DNA of 64,000 nt, taken from a virus (Duplodnaviria > Heunggongvirae > Uroviricota > Caudoviricetes). Under the pieces are notes generated by a model that worked only from the letters and a program-made list of their open reading frames with translations, was not told the DNA's origin and did no database searches. Location: the IMG/VR virus record IMGVR_UViG_3300045988_156427; one strand, 5' to 3'. Shown here in pieces: positions 33,590-44,800 of this stretch; position 1 is the first letter of the stretch, and the number at the start of each line of letters is the position of its first letter. The position numbers were made by a program, and so were the translations under genes.

Positions 33590-34345
33590 GTGGACCTGTA
33601 GATTGGGATATGAACCCGTTACAGGAGAATGCTCTTACCTGTTACGTGCTCCGTTTCGTGGAGCTAACGGCGGGTGATCGGGCCGCACCAGACTGGACTT
33701 ATTTCAGCGTTATGCTCATGCCAGAGAATCAAACTGTGATGGTCGGTGCTGAACTCCGACACAGGGTTGTAGCAAGCCCCGCAAAGCGCGCACTACTGTA
33801 GTTGCGGCACATCAGCCTGTGCATTCACCACAATGTTGAGAACACTGGTTGTCACGCTGCAACGCAACATTTATTCGTAGATTGGGATATGACCCCGTTA
33901 CGCCAGTGTTCTCAACGTTGTAGTGCCGGTTACGGTTCCGGCCAGGCCTCTTCCTCAACGGGGTGTTCTCCATACGGACTACCGTTTATTGGTCGTTCCT
34001 GCGGTTTATGTTGTGAAGCCAGATGCTTATCTTCTGGTTGCTTCAAAGAGCTGCACTTCATCACAACGGTAAGAGCACTCGATGCATTTAAGCCAAGCCC
34101 CATAAGGGAGAATGCCCTTACCTGTTGTGTTGTGATGACCGGTGCTGATCTCCGGCTTGCGGTTATTTCAGACTCTCACGGGCGTTTAATTGCCCCGCCG
34201 AACAGCTCTTTTCCGCAATAGCTGCAATGTCTTTCGCGCATCAGCCTGCGCATTCATCACAACGGTAAGGGTACTTCGTAGGGATTCGAACCCTCTGCCA
34301 AGCTCGGCGATCTCCGACGTCGCAAAATACCCTTACCTGTTGTGC
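33590..34345. repeat. non-coding repeat cluster between the TerB-like gene and the tRNA pair
   Basis: GATTGGGATATGA(A/C)CCCGTTAC at 33601 and 33881; CCTTACCTGTTGTG-like units at about 33631, 34110, 34331 and 34771; inverted repeat GTTGAGAACACTGG / CCAGTGTTCTCAAC. Confidence 0.5.
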
Positions 34346-34421
34346 TGGTGCCGATTAACGGACTCGAACCGCTGACATCCTGCTTACAAGGCAGGCGCTC
34401 TACCAACTGAGCTAAACCGGC
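34346..34421 (-). tRNA. tRNA-Thr (anticodon TGT)
   Basis: Hand-folded GCCGGTT...CTTGTAA...GGTTCGAGTCC...ACCA. Confidence 0.85.
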
Positions 34422-34423
34422 AT

Positions 34424-34499
34424 TGGCGATGGTGGATGGATTTGAACCATCGACCCGTTGATTAACAGTCAACCGCTCTAACCGCTGAGCTACACCATC
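34424..34499 (-). tRNA. tRNA-Asn (anticodon GTT)
   Basis: Hand-folded GATGGTG...CTGTTAA...GGTTCAAATCC...GCCA; 2 nt from tRNA-Thr. Confidence 0.85.
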
Positions 34500-35153
34500 A
34501 CTTGCCGGGTACGTCTCCGGCGAGGGCTTCCACCTCCGTATGCTTTTCGGCGCACCGCGCCCTGGCTGCAATTCGGTAACAGGGGATGCACAACCCTGGC
34601 TTCCAGCGTGATTAGCGCTTTCAGCATGACGGGATATACCCGTAAATTCGTGGAACTGTACCCAAAGTGCTGTTAAGCACCGCTGTTACGCTGAAAAGAA
34701 AACGCAACAGGAAAGGACGCTGACCAACAGATGGCCCCTTCTCGTTCATCTGGTTAATCACACCAGCGCCCTTACCTGTTGTGCCTCCCCGTTCCCTAAT
34801 ACACAGACGGGGACACTCTGCGGTCGATTTTTTGACGGGGGACGACTCATACCCCGTGGCATCTGGCTTCTTAGGCCGCTACCATCATCAGATCATCGTT
34901 TGCATTTACTTTAATGGTCAGTTTCTAAACCGCCGCAAAGTCGCTAACCATGACGAAAACCCTGAAAAAAAACGCCCACCCGAAGATGGGCAAACTGGAA
35001 GCTCGTAACGCACTTCGGAGTTGCCACTTAGGCGCATGGTCAACCTGGCAACTCGGTGGTTTGTCTGGGAGGACTAGGCCCAGCCATGCTTACCGCCGCG
35101 CCTGTCGCGGCTAACAGCTAAATCGCTCTATAAATCACGATTCATTGAGGCGA

Positions 35154-35182
35154 TATTACACTAATAAATTTATTAGAGCAAT
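35154..35182. promoter_or_regulatory. paired overlapping C1 operators forming a palindrome, heading the operon that runs through the tRNAs, TerB-like module and ban
   Basis: 35166..35182 reverse complement is the exact consensus ATTGCTCTAATAAATTT; overlapping plus-oriented ATTACACTAATAAATTT (15/17). Confidence 0.7.
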
Positions 35183-37437
35183 ATACCCAAAACGTCATGA
35201 GCTACACCTCGAGTGTCCCCCTTACAAGACACAGAACGTCTGGCAAAAAGAGGTTCCACTCTGAAGCCACTGTCATGATAAAGCTCTCTGATGTTTGGCG
35301 CGCCACTGTTAGTAATGAGAACCTTTGCACCTCGACGATGAGCATCCGTCAACAGAGACACCAGGCGTTTTTGCTCTTCAAACTTAAAGTCATGACCGGA
35401 ATAGTTCGTGAATCCCTCTGTATTTGGAAGCGGTTCATACGGCGGATCGCAAAAGATGACATCTCCTTCTCCGGCAGCTTCAATCACCGCTGCAAAATCA
35501 CCGCATACAAACTCAGACCGCCCTTCCGCACCGAGGAAGGCTTCCATCTCCTGTAATGGGAAATACGGAGTTTTATACTTCCCATAACCGACATTGAACT
35601 CACCGGCCTGGTTGTAACGCGTCAATCCGTTAAAACAATGTCGGTTCAGGAACAAAAACGCCGCTGCGCGATGTAAATCATCATAGACTTGTTTGTTAAA
35701 CGCATTCCGTACTGCCAGGTATCCTTCCTGTGTGTTGTAGTCCTGGAAGAAACGATGTGCCAGAGTGATAAGTGAATGCGCCTCGCGTTGCAGAGTCTTG
35801 TAAAAGTTAATCAGGTCAGCATTCACATCATTTAGCAGATTTTCCTGGTATCCGGCATTCATGAAGACAGCTCCGCCACCAACGAAAGGTTCAATCAGGC
35901 GCTTCCCTTCTGGCAAATAGCGAAAGATTTGTTCCAGAACACCAAATTTTCCACCAGCCCATTTGAATATGGACCGTTCGAATTCTGCCGCTGGTTTAAC
36001 TTTTCGCTCTTTTGTTTCACTTCCTTCTTTCTGCCGACATACGGACTTAGTAATCCGATCGCCAATCCAGCGCATTACTGGTATTGCCATACTATTGCCG
36101 ATCGCTTTGTAACGCGGTCCGTCAGCTGCAAGCATCGCGGCCTCTTCTTCGCTTAAATCTGGATAGTGATTGCGAAGATATGCCAGTTCATCTGAATTAA
36201 CTTTTTTACGCTTTTCCGTCGGGATCAACGTATGCCCATCAGGAAAACCTTGCAGCCTTTCACATTCGACAGGGGTAAGACGGCGGACAGCTACTTCTGC
36301 GTTTCTTACTTCATAGCAAACAGCTGTTGGATTTTTAGCCATTAGAGATGGTGAAGTATTCTTAGTTGCAGCATGTTGTGTACCGCTCATACGCTCAGGA
36401 AAAGCCAATGTAACAAGATGCTCATGGCTTTCTTGCTCACGTGCCCGCAATGTACCATGCCCTTCTGACCAAAAACCTGCTCCTGTGCTGCTAAAAACGG
36501 CAAGGTCAGTGGCATCTTTAAAATCTCTTGCCTTTACTGTCGATGCGGTTTCATCGTCAATATATTCCCCAAATGCTGCCATCCTGAAAGCGTTTACGGC
36601 TTTCGTCGATTTCATACCGGGTGGCATGTCAGCGTGTAGGCATGGATTTAGGCTTTCGCCACTGATTGCAGCGCCATTTGCAATAATGGCGGAAGCGATT
36701 TCCTTCTTTTTTCGGCTCGGCGCAATATTCCGGCGCACGCCTTTGAACTCAAAAAGTACCGTTGCGGGATCGAGGTCTGTTCGAGCACTTGCGACAACAA
36801 ACACGCGTCGGCGTCGTTGTGCCACTCCGAAGTATTGGGCATCAAGGATTCTCCAGGCCACCTTTCGCTGCGGTCCATAAATACAACCACACTGCGGCCA
36901 CTTTGGAGCATGGCAACCGGTTTTGCCATCCCACCGCCAGAACGCGTTACTTTTTCCTGATTCAGGTCGATCACCTGGTTCAAATGGCGCATCTTCTCCA
37001 GCCAATCCGGCAAGGAAACATCCGAAGGCGTTATCTGCCGATGACAGGACTCCTGGGACATTTTCCCAGACGATAACTGTCGGTTTGAGGAAGGACTCAG
37101 ACCGTTTGTCGTCAATTGCATTTGCAAGCTCCACATACTTCAAAGTTAGCGCGCCGCGTTCATCATCAAGCCCACCACGTAAGCCCGCGATACTGAATGC
37201 CTGACAAGGCGTACCCCCGACGAGCACATCAGGGGATTCGATTTCCCCAGCCAGGACTTTTTTGGCAAGTTTTGTCATGTCGCCAAGGTTGGCGACATGG
37301 GGCCAGCGGTGCGCAAGAACGGCAGATGGAAAAGACTCGATTTCAGCAAACCACACCGGACGCATACCCAACGGTTCCCAGGCAATACTCGCGGCTTCAA
37401 TTCCACTGCAAACAGATCCATAGCACAGCTCTTTCAC
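35173..37437 (-). CDS. dmt: Dmt, fused DNA methyltransferase (C5-cytosine-like N-terminal half, Dam-like DPPY C-terminal half)
   Basis: 754 aa; DPPY motif near C-terminus; matches P1 Dmt length. Confidence 0.8.
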   Translation of the reverse strand: MKELCYGSVCSGIEAASIAWEPLGMRPVWFAEIESFPSAVLAHRWPHVANLGDMTKLAKKVLAGEIESPDVLVGGTPCQAFSIAGLRGGLDDERGALTLKYVELANAIDDKRSESFLKPTVIVWENVPGVLSSADNAFGCFLAGLAGEDAPFEPGDRPESGKSNAFWRWDGKTGCHAPKWPQCGCIYGPQRKVAWRILDAQYFGVAQRRRRVFVVASARTDLDPATVLFEFKGVRRNIAPSRKKKEIASAIIANGAAISGESLNPCLHADMPPGMKSTKAVNAFRMAAFGEYIDDETASTVKARDFKDATDLAVFSSTGAGFWSEGHGTLRAREQESHEHLVTLAFPERMSGTQHAATKNTSPSLMAKNPTAVCYEVRNAEVAVRRLTPVECERLQGFPDGHTLIPTEKRKKVNSDELAYLRNHYPDLSEEEAAMLAADGPRYKAIGNSMAIPVMRWIGDRITKSVCRQKEGSETKERKVKPAAEFERSIFKWAGGKFGVLEQIFRYLPEGKRLIEPFVGGGAVFMNAGYQENLLNDVNADLINFYKTLQREAHSLITLAHRFFQDYNTQEGYLAVRNAFNKQVYDDLHRAAAFLFLNRHCFNGLTRYNQAGEFNVGYGKYKTPYFPLQEMEAFLGAEGRSEFVCGDFAAVIEAAGEGDVIFCDPPYEPLPNTEGFTNYSGHDFKFEEQKRLVSLLTDAHRRGAKVLITNSGAPNIRELYHDSGFRVEPLFARRSVSCKGDTRGVAHDVLGILL

Positions 37438-38339
37438 TGCTTAGCCTCTCCACCAAGGGCATTTACCAGAGCATCAACCAGGCACGAAATTTCACTGGTC
37501 AACAGGAAGAAATCTGCGTCCAGTCGCTGCGCAACATCTTCACTATCAATATCAGAGTTCTGCTCAAGCAATTCATCCGCAAATTTGACGCTGGTAAGGC
37601 TGAAGTTATGGTCCAGTGTAAATTTAATGCGGTTCTGCCAGTCGAGTGCCAACTTAGTAACGAGCTTGCCAGCTTCCAGGTGTGTGGAAATTTCATCGCT
37701 TCCCAAATCCTGCTTTTTCACCCGGGCAATACCGCCATCCTCAAGCACTGCCTTAAGTTCTGCCGCATCCCCCATTTGAAATCCCTGTGGAGCACTACCA
37801 TCACGTACCCAGTCGGTCAGCGTTAATTCAATGGGATTTTCAACACTCAGGGGAACAACAGGAAGAGAACCCAGAGACTTACGCATAAGCGCGAGCATAT
37901 CCTCTGCCTGCCGCGCGCTGGCATTGATATAGATACGTTTAGTTGAACCGTCGTAGATCGCCTGGATAACAGAAAACTTTGAAAAAGCCCGTGGCAGAAG
38001 AGAATGCAGAACTTCGTCTTTCAGGGAGTCCTTCTCTGTTTTCTTCAGTTTACGCGCTTGTTCTTGCTCAAGTTTTTCAATTTTTTCTTGAATAGCTCGC
38101 TGGATAACCGGCGGGGGAAGAATTTTTGTTTCGCGCTTTGCTTCAACAAGGATAAAACCATTTCCATGCATAGCGATAACTTCGGAATTATCACCAAATG
38201 GAGATACAAAACCGAACTTGGCCATATCCTGACTACCGCATGGCGTGAAAAGGATCATTTTCTTTTTATCTTCTAAGTCGGTCAGATCCGCCTCACGAGA
38301 AAGTTTATAAATAGTAATGTTTTTCCAGTGCTTAAACAT
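37434..38339 (-). CDS. RdgC-family recombination-associated protein
   Basis: Internal start [16 protein letters not shown]; [14 protein letters not shown] and [17 protein letters not shown] closely resemble E. coli RdgC. Confidence 0.8.
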   Translation of the reverse strand: MFKHWKNITIYKLSREADLTDLEDKKKMILFTPCGSQDMAKFGFVSPFGDNSEVIAMHGNGFILVEAKRETKILPPPVIQRAIQEKIEKLEQEQARKLKKTEKDSLKDEVLHSLLPRAFSKFSVIQAIYDGSTKRIYINASARQAEDMLALMRKSLGSLPVVPLSVENPIELTLTDWVRDGSAPQGFQMGDAAELKAVLEDGGIARVKKQDLGSDEISTHLEAGKLVTKLALDWQNRIKFTLDHNFSLTSVKFADELLEQNSDIDSEDVAQRLDADFFLLTSEISCLVDALVNALGGEAKQ

Positions 38340-38688
38340 GTTGTAACCCTTGAATATCAACCACAGAAAGCTCGTCTTTGTAGAAAAAGGCCAGGTTGTG
38401 GCACCCCCTCGTTTGAGCGTATGAGCTGGGACCAATTTCGTTCTTCCAGACAAATGGCTTCAAATCCGTACGGCGAAGCATAAAAACGCGATTTGTTCCG
38501 CTCTGATTCCCAATGAGGCAAAAGCCTTCTTTCACCTTGATAGCCTGCAAGTTGTCGAGTTCACCGCTGGTTACACGGCTATCGAACTCTTTGCGGCTTA
38601 TTAGCTCCATCTGCATCTGACGACTCCAAACAAATGCCCATTGAAGGGCGATGGCTGAATGGTACCGAAAATACGACATAAAAAACAA
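38332..38688 (-). CDS. hypothetical protein
   Basis: ORF track; first gene after operator at 38688. Confidence 0.4.
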   Translation of the reverse strand: MFFMSYFRYHSAIALQWAFVWSRQMQMELISRKEFDSRVTSGELDNLQAIKVKEGFCLIGNQSGTNRVFMLRRTDLKPFVWKNEIGPSSYAQTRGCHNLAFFYKDELSVVDIQGLQHV

Positions 38689-38704
38689 TATTTATTAGAG
38701 CAAT
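38688..38704 (-). promoter_or_regulatory. C1 operator
   Basis: Reverse complement ATTGCTCTAATAAATAT, 16/17. Confidence 0.65.
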
Positions 38705-38785
38705 TTTGCAATAGTTGAACTCCGTGTAGACCACAAACAACCTGAGTTAAAATAACGAAAATCAGAGCAAATAATTGGTGATGAC

Positions 38786-39070
38786 GTGGCAAGTATTGCA
38801 ACAAAAGACAGCATTTGTTCGGGGCACGGAGGATTCCCATCCAGGCCTCCTGTAGAGAGTGAACCACTACTTAAAGTCAACGGAGTCGAAGTGTTAGTTG
38901 ATGGTAAGCAATATGCACAGCATACCGATGGAAACAGTACGCACGGTGGGCAAGCTATATCAACCAGGGCATGGTTTACCGTCAATGGTAAAGGGATCGT
39001 ATGCGTTGGTGACCCTGTTTCATGCGGATCTACCGTAGCGTCCGGAGACGGCCTGGTTCAGGTAAGTTAG
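38786..39070 (+). CDS. PAAR-like small protein
   Basis: Two HGG...VNGK...GD...C repeats. Confidence 0.45.
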   Translation: MASIATKDSICSGHGGFPSRPPVESEPLLKVNGVEVLVDGKQYAQHTDGNSTHGGQAISTRAWFTVNGKGIVCVGDPVSCGSTVASGDGLVQVS

Positions 39071-39078
39071 GAGATATC

Positions 39079-39867
39079 ATGCTGGAAAAAGACTACCAGT
39101 TATCCGCATATAAAAAATTGGCCGCCGCCGGTGGGATGAAAACACCTGGTGCCATAACATCGGCACGAAACAGTGCTAACACGGCAAAACAGCTTGCAGA
39201 AGAATTGATCGGATTAATTTTGGATACAATTGTCTATCCCGACACTATTACCAGCTATGTTTCAACGATCAGAACAACCACAACCGGCTTAACGAACATT
39301 GGAGAACTGGCAACTAAGCACGCGGACCTGTTGGCTGGTTATGCAGATCTGTCAATGCTGCTTCAACTCGATATTGGTTGGGATGTTTACTGCCGTGCTA
39401 ATGAGCGAGAAGTATCAGAACTGCCGATCTCTATTGCCATTGGTGATGTGACTATTACTAAATCGCTTGAGGACGCTGTAAACGCGCTTAATACATCAAG
39501 TTTAGTCGCTGCTATGGGGGAGATTAACCAGACCCTTAACACTGGCTCAGGAAGCTCGTCAGGCTCTGGTTCAGGCGGCGGCACTGCCACTCCCCCACCA
39601 GCACTAACAGAAGAGCAAATTGAATCTCTGAAAGTAGCAACTGAACAGTTTGAGGTTGTTTTCAACCAGACAACAGCGCCCACAACTGCGTTACAACAGC
39701 AGTATGAACGAGCGAATGAAAGCGCCAACGTAGCCATAACTGCTTATAACCATGCTATCGGTACCGCGCTTGCGGAAGCATCAGCAAATAAGGCCAGCAC
39801 AGCCAGCGCAGTTGCCGCTTTGGTTCCTGATTCTGTTCTTGATGAATTAAACAAAGCGGCACAGTAA
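39079..39867 (+). CDS. hypothetical protein with Gly/Ser-rich linker
   Basis: Internal start MLEKDYQ after AGGAG. Confidence 0.45.
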   Translation: MLEKDYQLSAYKKLAAAGGMKTPGAITSARNSANTAKQLAEELIGLILDTIVYPDTITSYVSTIRTTTTGLTNIGELATKHADLLAGYADLSMLLQLDIGWDVYCRANEREVSELPISIAIGDVTITKSLEDAVNALNTSSLVAAMGEINQTLNTGSGSSSGSGSGGGTATPPPALTEEQIESLKVATEQFEVVFNQTTAPTTALQQQYERANESANVAITAYNHAIGTALAEASANKASTASAVAALVPDSVLDELNKAAQ

Positions 39868-39906
39868 CAAAGGACTTCATTGATAATTTTTCTTCAGGAG
39901 GAAGAC

Positions 39907-40329
39907 ATGTCATTCTTTTCTACGTTAAAAACAGCTTTGTCTTTGAAGGAGAAACTTGCTGCTACTGGTGTTCTTGTTCTGATTTGCGCACTTGTTGGTG
40001 CTGGGTTTGCATGGGAACGTCATCAGCTAAAGCAAGCCATGGAGAAAATTGGCAGTCTTGATCAGGCTGTTAAGGAACGTGATAAGTCAATAATGGATCT
40101 TAACCAGGCCATTGAGACGATGAACAAAGCAGAGCAACATTTTCACAGCCAGGAAGTGAAAAATGAATCAGAACAAGCCAAGTATGCTGACAGGCAAATG
40201 GAACGAAAAGCTGAAGTTCAGAAACAACTGGTTGCGGCGGGTAATGTTCGCCAGCGTATTCCTGCTGACACTCAGCGGTTGCTCCGGGAGTCGATCAGCG
40301 AATTTAACGCCGACGCCGACAAAGGTTAA
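39907..40329 (+). CDS. membrane-anchored coiled-coil protein
   Basis: Internal start MSFFSTLK after AGGAGG; one TM segment. Confidence 0.45.
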   Translation: MSFFSTLKTALSLKEKLAATGVLVLICALVGAGFAWERHQLKQAMEKIGSLDQAVKERDKSIMDLNQAIETMNKAEQHFHSQEVKNESEQAKYADRQMERKAEVQKQLVAAGNVRQRIPADTQRLLRESISEFNADADKG

Positions 40330-40495
40330 CCACCCTGCCCCCAAAAGTGCATTTATGTGCAGGATGCCAGAATTTAGCAGTGAATATTTTGATGATCTGC
40401 CAGCCTATATCCTTGATACAGAAACGATGCTGAAGGGGATTAACAGGAAGAATCGCAACGTTAATGATTACAACCGCGCTATCAGCGGTAACTAA
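40244..40495 (+). CDS. putative lipoprotein
   Basis: Lipobox LLTLSGC; overlaps previous ORF in another frame, so one of the two may be spurious. Confidence 0.35.
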   Translation: MFASVFLLTLSGCSGSRSANLTPTPTKVNHPAPKSAFMCRMPEFSSEYFDDLPAYILDTETMLKGINRKNRNVNDYNRAISGN

Positions 40496-40506
40496 AAGGG
40501 ATTTTT

Positions 40507-40899
40507 ATGTCTGATAAAGTAACAGTAAAGCAAACTATCAACAAAGCGACTTCAATCTACAAAATTGAGCACATCACTGTTGGCAAGCCAGGATCTGAAC
40601 AATACCGTCATGCTTTCGAGCTTGCCGATCAGCTTGGTTTAAAACACCCGGATTGCATCGAGCATGTATTTCCGACCTATGCTGATGAGCAATGTACTCA
40701 TGTTCTTACCGAAGAGGATTTTTTCAGCACTGAAGAACGAGAAGGCGTTGATCGCTGCATTGGTGTGATTTGTTCTTCGGTAAGTGATGAGTTATTCCCT
40801 AATGTGCCTGAATATGGTGGTATTGGATACCAATTCCTGTACGAGGGCGATGAGCTTAAATGCTATGAACATGGTCTTCTCATCGAAAGCGTAGAATAA
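40507..40899 (+). CDS. hypothetical protein
   Basis: ORF track. Confidence 0.45.
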   Translation: MSDKVTVKQTINKATSIYKIEHITVGKPGSEQYRHAFELADQLGLKHPDCIEHVFPTYADEQCTHVLTEEDFFSTEEREGVDRCIGVICSSVSDELFPNVPEYGGIGYQFLYEGDELKCYEHGLLIESVE

Positions 40900-40915
40900 T
40901 ACGACTGCCTTCCAA

Positions 40916-40938
40916 CCGGCTACGTTGGCCGGTTTTTC
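40916..40938 (+). terminator. rho-independent terminator
   Basis: CCGGCTACGTTGGCCGG hairpin followed by TTTTT. Confidence 0.6.
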
Positions 40939-41210
40939 ACTTATCCACATTATCCACTGGATAGATCCAATAATCAGGTCCATACAGATCCCAATTAGAT
41001 CCATATAGATCCCTGATCGTTGCAGGCCGCGCCACGTCTGGCTTAGAAGTGTATCGCGATGTGTGCTGGAGGGAAAACGATGTGTGCTGGAGGGATAAAA
41101 ATGTGTGCTGACGGGTTGCTAATGTGTGCTGGCGGGATATAGGATGTGTGCTGACGGGAAAGCCTGGGTAGTTATCACCACTTATAAAAACTATCCACAC
41201 AATTCGGAAA
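40939..41210. other. oriR: plasmid origin oriR: tandem DnaA boxes, five GATC-containing heptamers, incC iterons
   Basis: TTATCCACA/TTATCCACT at 40941-40958; AGATCC(A/C) repeats 40964-41013; iterons 41058-41160; DnaA-like box near 41190. Confidence 0.8.
41058..41160. repeat. incC: incC iterons (five direct repeats)
   Basis: GATGTGTGCTGGAGGGA-like 19-bp units, five copies. Confidence 0.85.
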
Positions 41211-41217
41211 AAGTAAT

Positions 41218-42078
41218 ATGAATCAATCATTTATCTCCGATATTCTTTACGCAGACATTGAAAGTAAGGCAAAAGAACTAACAGTTAATTCAAACAACAC
41301 TGTCCAGCCTGTAGCGTTGATGCGCTTGGGGGTATTCGTTCCGAAGCCATCAAAGAGCAAAGGAGAAAGTAAAGAGATTGATGCCACCAAAGCGTTTTCC
41401 CAGCTGGAGATAGCTAAAGCCGAGGGTTACGATGATATTAAAATCACCGGTCCTCGACTCGATATGGATACTGATTTCAAAACGTGGATCGGTGTCATCT
41501 ACGCGTTCAGCAAATACGGCTTGTCCTCAAACACCATCCAGTTATCGTTTCAGGAATTCGCTAAAGCCTGTGGTTTCCCCTCAAAACGTCTGGATGCGAA
41601 ACTGCGTTTAACCATTCATGAATCACTTGGACGCTTACGTAACAAGGGTATCGCTTTTAAGCGCGGAAAAGATGCTAAAGGCGGCTATCAGACTGGTCTG
41701 CTAAAGGTCGGTCGTTTTGATGCTGACCTTGATCTGATAGAGCTGGAGGCTGATTCGAAGCTGTGGGAGCTGTTCCAGCTTGATTATCGCGTTCTGTTGC
41801 AACACCACGCCTTGCGTGCCCTTCCGAAGAAAGAAGCTGCACAAGCCATTTACACTTTCATCGAAAGCCTTCCGCAGAATCCGTTGCCGCTATCTTTCGC
41901 CCGAATCCGTGAGCGCCTGGCTTTGCAGTCAGCTGTTGGCGAGCAAAACCGTATCATTAAGAAAGCGATAGAACAGCTTAAAACAATCGGCTATCTCGAC
42001 TGTTCAATTGAGAAGAAAGGCCGGGAAAGTTTTGTAATCGTCCATTCTCGCAATCCAAAGCTGAAACTCCCAGAATAA
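41218..42078 (+). CDS. repA: RepA plasmid initiator
   Basis: 286 aa between incC and incA iterons. Confidence 0.9.
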   Translation: MNQSFISDILYADIESKAKELTVNSNNTVQPVALMRLGVFVPKPSKSKGESKEIDATKAFSQLEIAKAEGYDDIKITGPRLDMDTDFKTWIGVIYAFSKYGLSSNTIQLSFQEFAKACGFPSKRLDAKLRLTIHESLGRLRNKGIAFKRGKDAKGGYQTGLLKVGRFDADLDLIELEADSKLWELFQLDYRVLLQHHALRALPKKEAAQAIYTFIESLPQNPLPLSFARIRERLALQSAVGEQNRIIKKAIEQLKTIGYLDCSIEKKGRESFVIVHSRNPKLKLPE

Positions 42079-42084
42079 GTGTGT

Positions 42085-42370
42085 GCTGGAGGGAAGCTGC
42101 ATTAAAAAAATGTGTGCTGCCGGGAAGGCTTGTCCAATTTCCTGTTTTTGATGTGCGCTGGAGGGGGACGCCCCGCAGTTTGCCCAGACTTTCCCTCCAG
42201 CACACATCTGTCCATCCGTTTTTCCCTCCAGTGCACATGTAATTCTCTGCCTTTCCCTCCAGCACACATATTTGATACCAGCGATCCCTCCACAGCACAT
42301 AATTTAATGCGACTTCCCTCTATCGCACATTCTGGTCCTGCATCATCCCTCCAGCACACATCTAATAGCC
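42085..42370. repeat. incA: incA iterons (copy-number control), both orientations
   Basis: About nine TGTGCTGGAGGGA / TCCCTCCAGCACA units. Confidence 0.85.
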
Positions 42371-42471
42371 ACATCGCCATTTCTTTACGTGCAATAATTG
42401 ACGCACGAATCAAAAAAAGTTGCACGTAGCAGAATCAAACGTACAATTCACTCATACGAAATGATAAGGAG

Positions 42472-43683
42472 ATGATGATGAAACGCGATTACGGCGGTGT
42501 CGGCACCATAGCTCTTCGTGCAAGCGCATTACTTAAGGCCATGAGTCAGGATATTGAAGATCAGCGCAAAGAGTTCAATCAGACCGAGTATTATCAGACG
42601 TTCACTCGTAACGCTGTGGCAAAGTTGCCGAAGCTGAGCCGCCGTATTGTGGAGCAGGCCATCAAAGAGATGGAAGATGATGGGTACCAGTTCAACAAGA
42701 AACAGGTCGGTAACGTTGAACAGTACGCGCTGACCATCCAGAACGTCATTGATATCTATGCCCACCGTAAGATCCCCAAATATCGCGACATTCACAAATC
42801 GCCTTACGTTATTTTTGTCGTAAACCTGAAGGGTGGCGTATCCAAAACGGTTTCCACAGTCACGTTGGCGCACGCTCTGCGTGTGCATCAGGATTTACTG
42901 CGTCACGATCTACGCATTCTGGTAATTGACCTTGACCCTCAGGCATCCAGCACAATGTTCCTCGACCATACTCACAGTATTGGTTCCATCCTGGAAACCG
43001 CCGCGCAGGCGATGCTGAACGACCTGGACGCGGAGACGCTACGCAAAGAGGTGATTCGTCCGACCATCGTTCCTGGCGTAGACGTGATTCCAGCCTCTAT
43101 CGACGATGGCTTTGTTGCCAGCCAATGGAAAGAGCTGGTTGAAGAGCATCTTCCCGGACAAAATCAGTACGAAATCCTTCGACGCAATATCATTGATCGT
43201 GTTGCGGATGATTATGACTTTATCTTTATTGATACCGGTCCACACCTGGATCCGTTCCTGCTCAACGGTCTGGCGGCCAGCGATTTGCTGCTTACCCCTA
43301 CCCCACCAGCCCAGGTTGACTTCCACTCAACACTGAAATATCTCACCCGTCTGCCAGAAATGCTGGAGCAACTGGAGGAGGAAGGCGTAGAACCGCGTTT
43401 GAGCGCCAGCATTGGTTTTATGTCGAAGATGACCGGCAAGCGCGATCACGAGACATCACACAGCCTTGCGCGTGAGGTTTACGCCAGCAACATTCTGGAC
43501 TCTTCTCTGCCTCGTCTGGATGGCTTTGAGCGATGCGGCGAGTCTTTCGACACCGTAATCAGTGCCAACCCGCAATCGTATCCAGGCAGTGCAGAGGCGC
43601 TGAAGAAGGCACGAACCGAGGCCGAGCGTTTCACTAAGGCTGTGTTTGATCGAATTGAGTTTGTTAGGGGTGAGGCGGCATGA
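42472..43683 (+). CDS. parA: ParA partition ATPase
   Basis: Walker A NLKGGVSKT; 403 aa. Confidence 0.85.
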   Translation: MMMKRDYGGVGTIALRASALLKAMSQDIEDQRKEFNQTEYYQTFTRNAVAKLPKLSRRIVEQAIKEMEDDGYQFNKKQVGNVEQYALTIQNVIDIYAHRKIPKYRDIHKSPYVIFVVNLKGGVSKTVSTVTLAHALRVHQDLLRHDLRILVIDLDPQASSTMFLDHTHSIGSILETAAQAMLNDLDAETLRKEVIRPTIVPGVDVIPASIDDGFVASQWKELVEEHLPGQNQYEILRRNIIDRVADDYDFIFIDTGPHLDPFLLNGLAASDLLLTPTPPAQVDFHSTLKYLTRLPEMLEQLEEEGVEPRLSASIGFMSKMTGKRDHETSHSLAREVYASNILDSSLPRLDGFERCGESFDTVISANPQSYPGSAEALKKARTEAERFTKAVFDRIEFVRGEAA

Positions 43684-44645
43684 AAAAAATAGTTTCCCGT
43701 GGACGAGTGCTGGGCAAGAATAGCTCCGAGTTTGCTCGCATGCTTGAAGGCAGTGAAGGCACCAAAACCTTTACCCTAAAATCTGGCCGCCAGGCTAAAT
43801 TCTTGCTTACCGTCGTGCTGAGTGGTGAGATTGAGTCGCGCACGTTCGTTGACCCGGCAGTTAACGGCCGCGATCAGTCTCTGCTCACCCCTGAGTCGGT
43901 AAGCGATATTTCCCGCACCATTAAATTGCAACAGTTCTTCCCGGCTATCGGTCGTATGGTTGGGGAGCGCATTGAGGTATTGGACGGATCGCGTCGCCGC
44001 GCTGCGTGTATCTTCAATGAAACGAAATTTGAGATTCTGGTGACGAAAGATGAGATCAGCCTGGCGGATGCCCGCCAGCTGGCCATTGATATCCAGACAG
44101 CCCGCGAACACACTCTGCGCGAGCTGGGTAAACGCTTCGAGGTTATGTACGGTAAGAATATGACCAAAGAAGAGATCGCCCGAGCTGAGAACATCTCAAA
44201 GGCAAAAGTGACGCGAGCTTTCCAGGCTGCCGCGGTGCCGGATGAGATGATTGCTGTCTTCCCCGTAGCCAGCGATCTCGCCCTTCCAGATTACCAGTTA
44301 CTGCTCCAGATCGCCGAGGATGCTAACGCTAAAAGCGTGCCGATTGAAGAGCTGGTTGATACGGTGCGCGAACGAATTGCAGAGACTGAGGGCGCGAAAG
44401 AGGATAAAGCGAAGATACTGGCTATCTTCAAAGCGGAAAGCAAAAGCCTGAAGCCCGCGCCGGTTAAATCTGTGGTGGTTGAGAAGCTGCGAGACTTCTC
44501 TGACCGTCGCCAATATGCCCGAAAGAAGTCCGATCCGAAAAAACGGGTTGTCGCCTACGAGTTCTCCAGACTCCCGTCTGAAGTGCAAACTGAAATTGAC
44601 GAAGCAATAAAAAAAATCATTGGGAAAATGTCTGCTGGGGAATAA
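43680..44645 (+). CDS. parB: ParB partition protein
   Basis: Coupled to parA; 321 aa. Confidence 0.75.
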   Translation: MKKIVSRGRVLGKNSSEFARMLEGSEGTKTFTLKSGRQAKFLLTVVLSGEIESRTFVDPAVNGRDQSLLTPESVSDISRTIKLQQFFPAIGRMVGERIEVLDGSRRRAACIFNETKFEILVTKDEISLADARQLAIDIQTAREHTLRELGKRFEVMYGKNMTKEEIARAENISKAKVTRAFQAAAVPDEMIAVFPVASDLALPDYQLLLQIAEDANAKSVPIEELVDTVRERIAETEGAKEDKAKILAIFKAESKSLKPAPVKSVVVEKLRDFSDRRQYARKKSDPKKRVVAYEFSRLPSEVQTEIDEAIKKIIGKMSAGE

Positions 44646-44689
44646 TCCCGCTGGTGGGAGGCGGCTTTAGCCCCCTCCCCTGTCTAAAA

Positions 44690-44800
44690 TGTCCCGCGCC
44701 TATTTCATGTATAAATATATGATATATATAGATATTCATGGAAAATTTCAGACTGAAATTCCCACGATTTCACGCCTGTTTTACTTGCCCCCCTCCCCCG
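44690..44800. other. parS: candidate parS centromere region
   Basis: AT-rich block with ATTTCA(C/T/G) heptamers downstream of parB; boundaries not determined. Confidence 0.35.

Noticed and set aside
33802-34221. 139-aa plus-strand ORF in the repeat cluster
   Set aside because: Lies in repeat-rich DNA antisense to the operon, Cys/Ser-rich low-complexity translation, no start context.
33631-34786. CAGGTAAG-like motif resembling a eukaryotic 5-prime splice site
   Set aside because: Coincidental resemblance in a bacterial phage-plasmid; treated as part of the repeat unit instead.
41058-42370. Tandem short repeats that could be mistaken for a CRISPR array
   Set aside because: They are 19-bp replicon iterons flanking repA in both orientations with no spacer structure or cas genes.
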